Assembly: GCA_041496385.1 (NCBI GenBank)
Contig: JBGQEL010000055.1
Location: 1 to 26,444, forward strand
Origin: Candidatus Methylomirabilia bacterium
GTDB taxonomy: Bacteria; Methylomirabilota; Methylomirabilia; Rokubacteriales; CSP1-6
Length of the DNA stretch: 26,444 bases
Direction: 5' to 3'
Shown here: positions 7,208 through 14,057 of the stretch, in pieces
How positions within the stretch are numbered: position 1 is the stretch's first letter
Layout: each line of letters opens with the position of its first letter
The notes under the pieces: model-generated
What the model was told of the DNA's origin: nothing
The model's input: only the letters and a program-made list of their open reading frames with translations
Databases searched by the model: none
Translations under genes and position numbers: made by a program

Positions 7208-9202
7208 TCACCGGCCCTCGACTGCGCCGCGCGCCGGCCGCCGCTGGGGATCCAGCCGGTAGAAGACGTCGTAGGCGCGAACGCCGGTGAGAGCGGCCGC
7301 GCGCTCCGACGGTGGGAGCCGCGCGAGCCAGTCCCGCGTCCGCACGAGATCCTCCTTGAACGCGTCGCGGATCCCCCAGCCCAGCCCCCACGCGAAGTCG
7401 GCGCGGCGGGCCGGCGGGATCGGGTGCGGGCCGATGCGCGCGGTGTCGACGGCGTGGCTGGCGAGCCAGTGCGTCACCGCCGCGCTGCCCGCCCCACGGT
7501 AGAGCGACGACGCCGCGTCGGGGTCGGTCGCCTCGACGGCGGCGAGGCCCGCGCGACACCTCTCCTGGTGCTCCGACTCCACGCAGCTGTTGAGCACGAG
7601 CCCGCCGACCGCGAAGTGGCACCAGCGTCGAAGCGCGGGGGGAAGGTCGCTCATCGGGGCGACGTCGGGCACGGGCGTATCCGTCGCGACGCTCACCTCT
7701 AGGCTGTAGCCCAGCGTGAAGTGCTCCCGCGCGTCGAAGGGGAGGGCGTCGAGGACCGCGACGAGCGCCCGGAAGTCGGACTGCCACATGCCAACAGCAT
7801 GTCCGAGGGCTTCAGCGAAGTACGCGCGATAGCCGACCGGTACCTCGTGGACGCGCCCGAGCGGCGTGCCGGCCCATTTCGCGGGCGCGGCGGCGACGGC
7901 GCTCCAGTAGACCAGGCGCGCGCTCAGCTCGTCGAGGCCCGTCAGCAGCGCGTGGGTCTGCGGCGCGAAGGGGTCGATGCGGTCGTGCCAGGCGTGCCCG
8001 AACTCGAAGTACGAGTAGCCGCGGTAGTCGACGAGATGGGGCGCCGGATCCCGCCCGGGGAGCGTCGACTGCCCCAGCGCGCCGAGCACCAGGAGCGCGG
8101 TGGTCGCCGCGCGCCCGAAGGGGACCTCGACGAGCGCGATCGCCAGCACCGCCAGCAGCGCGAACTGCAGCGGCAGGAAGTGCCGGAAGTCCTCCGCCGT
8201 GACGCTCCTCGGCACGGCGAAGCGCGTGAACGGATAGACGACGACGAACACGACGGCCGAGGCGAGCAGCGGGCGCACCACGAGCGAGCGAGCGGGCGCG
8301 CGGAGCAGCAGCCAGGCGATCGACGCCAGGGTCAGCCCCGCGTAGGCGTACGACCACAGCGGACCGGGAACGCCGAGCATCGCGGGAAACCCGTACGAGA
8401 GCGGCAGCCCGACGGCGAGCAGGCCCGCGAAGCGCCGGCCCGTGCTGAGCAGGAACGCGAGCGGCGAGCCCGCCGCGCCGTCGGCCGGCGCGAACCACTC
8501 GAGCGCGACGCGCACGCCGTCGAGCTGATGCGTGAGGTTGTAGGCCGCCCAGGGCGCGAGCCCCACCGCGAGCCCGGCGGCGAGCGCCGCCCGCGGGCCC
8601 GCGCCGCGGCGCAGGAGCGGGCCGGCGCAGAGCAGGCAGCCGAGCGTCGTGACGGCGGTGATGTAGGTGAAGGAGAACGCGAGCCCCGCGACGAGGCCGA
8701 GCCAGAAGGGAGCGCGCCCCTCGGGGCGCTCGAGCGCCCGGGCCCAGGCGAGCACCAGCAGCGCGCTGAAGACGAGGGACTCGGTGTGATAGCCCATCGC
8801 GAGGAGCGAGAGCTGCGTGGTGAACGGCGGCGCCAGGACGAAGAGCGCGGCGCCCACCCAGGCGGCGCGCCGGGAATGGTAGCGGTCGAGCAGCGCGACG
8901 AGGAGCCCGAGCGTCAGGAGGGAGATCGCCAGCGGGACCAGCTTCAAGACGATGAGTCGCGGGCCGAATACCCGGTAGAGCGGCGCCGCGACGAGCCCGA
9001 TGGCCAGCGAGCCGCCGGAGTAGGAATCGGCCCGGTAATCCCAGAGCGGGGCCTTCAGGCCGGCGTTGAGCTCGTGCGCGATTGTGCCACGGTGCAGCTC
9101 TTCGTCCCACGACACGGTCTCGAGCGACGTCACCAGCGTCGTGACCCTGAGCAGGAGGAAGGAGGCGACGGCCAGCCAGCTCAGGGCGAGCCGGTTGCTC
9201 AG
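7208..9202 (-). CDS. GT-C fold membrane glycosyltransferase (PMT/ArnT, GT39/GT83-like) with a soluble C-terminal domain
   Basis: First TM helix followed by an acidic loop SWDEE, then multiple TM helices and a hydrophilic C-terminal domain. Start placed at CTG 9202 overlapping the nucleotidyltransferase TGA (uncertain). Confidence 0.75.
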   Translation of the reverse strand: MSNRLALSWLAVASFLLLRVTTLVTSLETVSWDEELHRGTIAHELNAGLKAPLWDYRADSYSGGSLAIGLVAAPLYRVFGPRLIVLKLVPLAISLLTLGLLVALLDRYHSRRAAWVGAALFVLAPPFTTQLSLLAMGYHTESLVFSALLVLAWARALERPEGRAPFWLGLVAGLAFSFTYITAVTTLGCLLCAGPLLRRGAGPRAALAAGLAVGLAPWAAYNLTHQLDGVRVALEWFAPADGAAGSPLAFLLSTGRRFAGLLAVGLPLSYGFPAMLGVPGPLWSYAYAGLTLASIAWLLLRAPARSLVVRPLLASAVVFVVVYPFTRFAVPRSVTAEDFRHFLPLQFALLAVLAIALVEVPFGRAATTALLVLGALGQSTLPGRDPAPHLVDYRGYSYFEFGHAWHDRIDPFAPQTHALLTGLDELSARLVYWSAVAAAPAKWAGTPLGRVHEVPVGYRAYFAEALGHAVGMWQSDFRALVAVLDALPFDAREHFTLGYSLEVSVATDTPVPDVAPMSDLPPALRRWCHFAVGGLVLNSCVESEHQERCRAGLAAVEATDPDAASSLYRGAGSAAVTHWLASHAVDTARIGPHPIPPARRADFAWGLGWGIRDAFKEDLVRTRDWLARLPPSERAAALTGVRAYDVFYRLDPQRRPARGAVEGR

Positions 9203-10386
9203 CGGAGCTGCCTCGTCGCGAGCCAGCAGACCCGGAGCGGGTGCACAGCGCGATAGAGGGACACCTGCCACCGCTTGCCGACCGCGTAGTGGAGCCTGAG
9301 CCAGGCGCTCGAGGGAAAGAACGTCCAGGCGAGCACTCGGAGGGTGTCGGCGACGCGGTCCATCAGGAGGGTCTGAGCCGGATAGACGCGGGCGTCGTCG
9401 AGCGACCGCCCCAGGCCCGGCGGCGACGACGCGCCGAGGACGCGCGCGACCGCCGCGCGGCGCAGGCGGCCGTGGCCGAGCCGGTCCAGGAGCCCGGGCG
9501 GCAGCGGCGTGCCAAACGACTCGGCCACGACGCCGAGCGTCCAGCCGGCGAGCGCGCGGACGCGCCAGCGTCCGGCCTCGGCCACGACGGCGTCCCAGTC
9601 GAGCTCGGCCGCGAAGTGACGGACGACGGCGTCGATGTCGGCGTACCAGAGGACGCGCGCGAAATCCGAGCCGAGCGTGAGGTGCAGGACCAGATGCAGG
9701 AGCAGATCCTCGGGGCCGAGCATCAGGCCACGCCCCGCGGGCGTCACGAGCGGGCGCGCGCGGCGCCAGAGGCCGTCGTGGTCCGCCTCCACGATGCCCT
9801 CGAAGCGGAGGTATCGCGCGACGTGCCAGTGAAGATCGATCCGCGTCCCCGCGCGCACCAGCTCGGCGAAGCTTCGCGAGGCGCCGAGGCGGTCGGCGTC
9901 GGCGCCCGGCGTCCGGTAGCCGAGCGCATGCAGGGCCTCGAGGGCGGAGGCGCGGTCGCCGGGTCTCACGAGCAGATCGATGTCCGCCATCGGGCGGAGC
10001 CCCGGCTCGGGATACACCGTCTGCGCGAGCGCCATGCCCTTGAGCGTGAGGGCCGGGACGCCGGCCTGCCACAGGGCCGTCGTCGCCTCACCCCAGTGCT
10101 CCAGGAACACGGCGTTCACGCCCCACACGCCGTTCGCGACGGCCGCCAATCGCCGCCGGGCGGCGGGCGGCAGGCTCGGGAGCAGGTCGAGTCGGCGGAG
10201 GTGGGCGTGGAGGAGCGGGGCGGTTCCCTCGCGGGTCGCGAGATCGACCAGGACCTCCCAGTCGACGGGACCGCCGGCGAGCGCGGCCAGCAGGCACTCG
10301 GCCGCCCCATCGAGGCGGGCGCGCGCGCCCAGCAGGAGCAGGCGGACCCCGGGATCGGGGGGATCGGACGCGGTCCGCACGGGCAC
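9199..10386 (-). CDS. Nucleotidyltransferase (NTP_transf_5-like, the type found in RiPP clusters)
   Basis: DWEVLV..A..EG..PLL N-terminus, LKGMALA..VYPEPGLRPMADIDLLV (DxD), IDLHW and WYADI. Start GTG 10386 or 10380; the ORF-track extension runs through the precursor and rSAM genes. Confidence 0.9.
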   Translation of the reverse strand: MPVRTASDPPDPGVRLLLLGARARLDGAAECLLAALAGGPVDWEVLVDLATREGTAPLLHAHLRRLDLLPSLPPAARRRLAAVANGVWGVNAVFLEHWGEATTALWQAGVPALTLKGMALAQTVYPEPGLRPMADIDLLVRPGDRASALEALHALGYRTPGADADRLGASRSFAELVRAGTRIDLHWHVARYLRFEGIVEADHDGLWRRARPLVTPAGRGLMLGPEDLLLHLVLHLTLGSDFARVLWYADIDAVVRHFAAELDWDAVVAEAGRWRVRALAGWTLGVVAESFGTPLPPGLLDRLGHGRLRRAAVARVLGASSPPGLGRSLDDARVYPAQTLLMDRVADTLRVLAWTFFPSSAWLRLHYAVGKRWQVSLYRAVHPLRVCWLATRQLR

Positions 10387-10391
10387 GGGGC

Positions 10392-10553
10392 CTAGGACGT
10401 GGTGCTGGTGCGGCTCGACTTGCCCATGCTGGTCCGCTGGGAGGTGCTGCACGTGGCGAACGTTGTGCGGCAGCACGTCGTCGTATCGGCTCCGAAGATG
10501 CTGCTGGGCTCGAGCGTCGGCTTCTCGTAGGGGCGCTTCGTTTCGGTGGCCAT
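10392..10553 (-). CDS. RiPP precursor peptide, 53 aa (below the ORF-track cutoff)
   Basis: Translated by hand: MATETKRPYEKPTLEPSSIFGADTTTCCRTTFATCSTSQRTSMGKSSRTSTTS*. SD AGGAG 6 nt before the ATG, 2 nt after the rSAM stop. Carries the RRE-binding motif YxxPxL. Confidence 0.9.
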   Translation of the reverse strand: MATETKRPYEKPTLEPSSIFGADTTTCCRTTFATCSTSQRTSMGKSSRTSTTS

Positions 10554-10555
10554 CG

Positions 10556-11689
10556 TCAGCTCCTCTCAGCGGTGCGGATCTGGTAGACGCGACGCTGCGC
10601 GCCGGCGAGCGTGCGCGCCCGCTCGTGGCAACGCTTCCACTCCCCCTCGCCGCGCTCGAGCAGGTTGTCGCCGTGGCAACGGTTGCAGAACCCGACCAGC
10701 TCGCAGGAGCTGCACTCGGGCAGATCCGCGTAGCGCTGGACCGACAGGAGGTCCCGGATCGCCGGGGGCGGCGCAGTCCAGAGCTCACGGAGCGGGGTCT
10801 GCCGGATGTTCCCGATCGGGACGCGGAAAGCGACGCAGGGGTAGACGTTGCCGTAGGGATCGATGGTGCAGCCGTTCGTCGCCGGCCCGCACGTGGCGCG
10901 CTGCCGCGCGACGTCCTCAGGCCGGCCGGCCTGCGGGTCGAGCTGCTCGCTCCACGCCGACTCCTGGAGGTAGCGGAACAGCTCCTCCTCGTCGAGCTGC
11001 AGCTCCTGCGGGATGTGCCCGTCGCGAGGCACGGCCCGGTCGACCCGCGGGCTCACCTCGCAGCTATAGGTGTGGGTGAAGACGCCGAGGTCCTTGCCCA
11101 GCCGGTCGAGCGCCGCGAGCCCGGCGAGGTTCGGCTTCATCACGACGGTCTTGAGGTAGACGCGCAGGCCGTGGCGCTTGAGCCGCTCGACCGCCGTCAT
11201 GAGCCGGCGGAACGAGCCCGGCACCCGGGTGATCGCGTCGTGCACGGCCGGATCCGCGGAAAAGATCGACAGCTCGACCGTCAGCGGCTCGAGCGCGGCG
11301 AGGCGCTCGACCTTCGCCTCCGTCAGGCCGATGCCGTTGGTGAAGACGCGGTAGGCGAACCCGCGCGCGCGCGCGTGCTCGGCGATGTCGAAGAAGTCGG
11401 GCCGCACCATGACCTCGCCGCCCGAGAGCGTGAGGTAGAGGCCGCCCATGTCGGCCAGGTCGTCCAGCACGCCCCGGATCTCGGGGAGGGTGAGCTCGTG
11501 GCGGCGCACCTCCTGCTCACGGCCGTGCTCGACGACGCAGTAGCAATGGACGCACTGCTCGTTGCAGCGGTAGGTCAGCTCGAGGTGGACGTTGAGCGGT
11601 GTGCGGTTCCGGTCGGCCTTGGCGCTGATCAGCGCCAGCAGCGATTCGTCGCCGAGGCCCGCGTTCTGGGCGCACCCTTCGAAGATCAT
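10556..11689 (-). CDS. Radical SAM/SPASM domain peptide maturase
   Basis: CNEQCVHC (CxxxCxxC), SGGE and FTNG. SPASM cysteines CGPATNGCTIDPYGNVYPC...CSSCELVGFCNRC...C. ATGA overlap with the RRE gene. Confidence 0.95.
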   Translation of the reverse strand: MIFEGCAQNAGLGDESLLALISAKADRNRTPLNVHLELTYRCNEQCVHCYCVVEHGREQEVRRHELTLPEIRGVLDDLADMGGLYLTLSGGEVMVRPDFFDIAEHARARGFAYRVFTNGIGLTEAKVERLAALEPLTVELSIFSADPAVHDAITRVPGSFRRLMTAVERLKRHGLRVYLKTVVMKPNLAGLAALDRLGKDLGVFTHTYSCEVSPRVDRAVPRDGHIPQELQLDEEELFRYLQESAWSEQLDPQAGRPEDVARQRATCGPATNGCTIDPYGNVYPCVAFRVPIGNIRQTPLRELWTAPPPAIRDLLSVQRYADLPECSSCELVGFCNRCHGDNLLERGEGEWKRCHERARTLAGAQRRVYQIRTAERS

Positions 11690-11982
11690 CGGCTCTCTCC
11701 CCTGCGTCGCCGCTCGATCGAGACCAGCTTGACGTCGGCGAGCCGTTCGATGAACTCGACCGCGTCGGCGCGGATCGTCGCTTCGGGAGCCTCGAACTCG
11801 ATGGCGAGCACGCCCACGATCTCCTCGACGCTACGCGCGCCGTCGCACAGCTCCCAGATCCGCGCGCCGACGCTGTTGAGAGGGTAGAGCAATCCGCCCT
11901 TGACGTCCACCAAAAGCGCCTCGGTGTCGAGGGTCCGCCACGGCACCGGCTTGCGGACGGGGAACGTCTCAGCCGAGTCCAT
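11686..11982 (-). CDS. Stand-alone PqqD-family RiPP recognition element (RRE)
   Basis: From ATG 11982, 98 aa: WRTLDTEALLVD...YPLNSVGARIWELCDGARSVEEIV..L..EFE...IRADAVEFIERL, the canonical PqqD pattern. Confidence 0.93.
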   Translation of the reverse strand: MDSAETFPVRKPVPWRTLDTEALLVDVKGGLLYPLNSVGARIWELCDGARSVEEIVGVLAIEFEAPEATIRADAVEFIERLADVKLVSIERRRRGESR

Positions 11983-12772
11983 CGAGGTGCTCCCAGAGCG
12001 CCGCGCGCGGCGCGAACGAGAGATCGTACGCGGGGACCGCCGTCGCGAGCGCGGTGAGCGCGGCCAGGAGCCGCTCGGCCACCCGGCCGTCGCGCTTGGG
12101 CAGGAACACCTCTGGAAACGCGCGCGCGACGGTCTCCGCGGGCGAGAGACGGCGGTGGCCGAACCCGTCGGCCTTGCGGAGAAAGCAGAGCGCGCGGAGC
12201 GGCGCCCGCGCGTTCGCCCGGGCCATCGAGGGGCCACCCGAGCCGTAGAACGGCGTGGCGCAGGCGGCCCAGCCGCGCGGGCCGGGCCGCAGCGCGATCG
12301 TCTCGTCGTTGAGGACCCGCCGGGCGCCCGCGAGCCCGGCGATGGTCGTCTTGCCGCTGCCGGACGGCCCCGAGAACACCCAGGCGCGGCCGCGGTCCAC
12401 GACCGCGGAGGCGTGGAGCAGGACGCCGCCCGCCTGCATCAATAGAAATCCGCACAGGAGCCGGAACAGGTCGGGGTTCAGCGCGGGCCCGGGGGCGCTC
12501 CGGAACCGGACGCGGCGCCGCGCGAGGTCGCCGTCGGCGCGGGCGGGAAGGCTCGCCAGCGCGAAGTGGCCGTTGCTCCACGTCGCGGACGGGCGCGGCG
12601 TGCGGCCCGGATGGTAGCGTTCCCTCGCCGTCACCTCCAGGGTGACGGTGGGCGCGCGCCGCGAGAGGAACGGCCCGTACCGCGCCTCGACCCAGGCGCG
12701 CCCGGGCGCCGCGAGGCCCGTCACGCGGAACACCGTCCCCGCGACCTCGATGCGCGGCGACCGCTCAGCCAA
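11969..12772 (-). CDS. HPr-kinase-related P-loop kinase
   Basis: LLHASAV (catalytic His), Walker [15 protein letters not shown] acidic pair and TPFYG. TTG start with SD GGAGGAG. Confidence 0.85.
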   Translation of the reverse strand: MAERSPRIEVAGTVFRVTGLAAPGRAWVEARYGPFLSRRAPTVTLEVTARERYHPGRTPRPSATWSNGHFALASLPARADGDLARRRVRFRSAPGPALNPDLFRLLCGFLLMQAGGVLLHASAVVDRGRAWVFSGPSGSGKTTIAGLAGARRVLNDETIALRPGPRGWAACATPFYGSGGPSMARANARAPLRALCFLRKADGFGHRRLSPAETVARAFPEVFLPKRDGRVAERLLAALTALATAVPAYDLSFAPRAALWEHLDGLG

Positions 12773-13556
12773 CCGCCAGCTCCTCCCGACGTGGCGCGCC
12801 CTCGCCGGCCTCGTGACACTGGAGCGCGTGAGCGACCCGCGTCGCGAGATCCAGGGTCCGCTCGAGCGCGGGACGCCGGCGGTCGGCCTGCCAGACGGCG
12901 GGCAGCAGCACGGCGAGCGCGCGCGCCGGCCCGACCGGTCGCGGCGCGGCTGCGGTACCGGGCGCGATTGCGGCGCCGGGCATCCAGAGGTGCGTCGTGC
13001 GCGCCGATCCCCGCGCCGGCACGCGTCTTTCGTGATCGAGGAACGGCGTGAGGCGTGTGGTCACCCCGTCCGGGCCCGACGTCACCGCGATCCACCCCGC
13101 CACCGCCACGCCGCGCGCTCCGGCGAGCGCGGCGTCGGGGACACCGCAGGCGAGGGTCGCGCCATCGCGCCCCAGGCGGACGGCGCGGACCAGCAGCGTC
13201 TGCCGCTCGAGGAGCCAGAGCGCCGCGAGGGTTCGCATGAGTCCGGCGACGTCAAAGCCCGCGGCCATGCGCACGCTCACGCGGCGCCGATCCACCGTCG
13301 CCCGATAATAGCCGGTCGACAGAAGGAGCACGCGGCCGCGACGGAGCACGCGCGGCGCGTCCGCGACCGTGTCGCTCAGGGCTTCCCGCGCACGGCCCCG
13401 GAAGCGCTCGTCGTACACGATGTGGACGACGACGTCGGGCCGCCGGCGGGTCAGGAACTCAGGGTGCCTCCGCGCCCAGAAGCCCGGCTTCGGAAAGCGG
13501 CAGGAGACGCGGAAGGCGATACCCGCGATGTCGACCGTGTCGGTCTGGAGCCTCAC
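12765..13556 (-). CDS. Degenerate paralog of the adjacent HPr-kinase-like protein (pseudokinase)
   Basis: GTG 13556 (GTGA overlap). Collinear with the downstream kinase (VDIAGIAFRV / IEVAGTVFRV; EFLTRRRPDV / PFLSRRAPTV; ALAGARG / GLAGARR; LTPF / ATPF) but lacks the His, Walker A and NDE. Confidence 0.75.
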   Translation of the reverse strand: MRLQTDTVDIAGIAFRVSCRFPKPGFWARRHPEFLTRRRPDVVVHIVYDERFRGRAREALSDTVADAPRVLRRGRVLLLSTGYYRATVDRRRVSVRMAAGFDVAGLMRTLAALWLLERQTLLVRAVRLGRDGATLACGVPDAALAGARGVAVAGWIAVTSGPDGVTTRLTPFLDHERRVPARGSARTTHLWMPGAAIAPGTAAAPRPVGPARALAVLLPAVWQADRRRPALERTLDLATRVAHALQCHEAGEGAPRREELAVG

Positions 13557-14002
13557 GCGCGCGGCCACGCGCGCCGGCGCGCGAACGACCACGCCACGGC
13601 CGCGAGCGAGCGCGCCGTCGCGACGAGGGCGAGGGCCCGCCGGCGCGGCGTCGTGAGATCGACCGTCGTGCCGCCACGCTCGAGTGCCACGACGACGCCG
13701 ACGATCTGCGCCGGGGTGACCAGCTCGGGGCCGGCGCCGCGACGGTCGGCGCGGGTCAGCAGCACGCCGCCGCGCCGTCCGAGCACCCGGTGACAGACGA
13801 TCGCCCCCTCGCATTCGTACGCGAGCAGGTCGCCGGGGCGGACACGGACGGCGGGCGCGACGAGGATCCGCGAGCCCGGGGCCAGCAGCGGCCGCATGCT
13901 GCGGCCGTGCACCGGCAGCCACGCGGGCTCGCCGGCACCGATCGATTTCCTGAGGATGTCGGTGACGACCGGACGCCAGACGGCCGCGGCGAGGCTCGCC
14001 AT
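13553..14002 (-). CDS. S24/S26 family peptidase (Ser-His signal-peptidase-like)
   Basis: VHGRSMRPLL (GxSMxP Ser), RPGDLL, VCHRV (His base), LTRAD (TKGD equivalent) and QIVGVV. Start ATG 14002 (alternative 14011). Confidence 0.88.
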   Translation of the reverse strand: MASLAAAVWRPVVTDILRKSIGAGEPAWLPVHGRSMRPLLAPGSRILVAPAVRVRPGDLLAYECEGAIVCHRVLGRRGGVLLTRADRRGAGPELVTPAQIVGVVVALERGGTTVDLTTPRRRALALVATARSLAAVAWSFARRRAWPRA

Positions 14003-14009
14003 ACGCGCC

Positions 14010-14050
14010 ATCCTACCGCAGCCCGAATCGCCTCCGCCATCTGCTACCAT
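14010..14050. promoter_or_regulatory. Back-to-back -10 elements for the RiPP operon and ggt
   Basis: Minus strand: TAGGAT (14010-14015), 7 nt before ATG 14002. Plus strand: TGc-TACCAT (14042-14050), 7 nt before GTG 14058. Confidence 0.55.
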
Positions 14051-14057
14051 CGCGCGC

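Noticed and set aside
10392..10553. Lanthipeptide or thiopeptide precursor (Ser/Thr/Cys-rich)
   Set aside because: No LanB/C/M/KC or YcaO enzyme in the window.
4924..10788. Long N-terminal extensions of the permease (to 5580), GT-C (to 10072) and nucleotidyltransferase (to 10788) as fusions or frameshifts
   Set aside because: The extensions are low-complexity alternative frames over complete upstream genes.
10556..11982. PQQ or mycofactocin biosynthesis (pqqDE/mftBC)
   Set aside because: No pqqB/pqqC or mft partner genes; the peptide lacks ExxxY and the IDGxCGVY ending.
12765..13556. Pseudogene call for the degenerate kinase
   Set aside because: Full-length open frame, translationally coupled at both ends; better treated as a pseudoenzyme.
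9199..14002. Lasso peptide cluster (YxxPxL leader, RRE, kinase, nucleotidyltransferase)
   Set aside because: No asparagine-synthetase-like cyclase or transglutaminase-like B2 peptidase in the window, and the peptide has no Asp/Glu after residue 23 to close a lasso ring.
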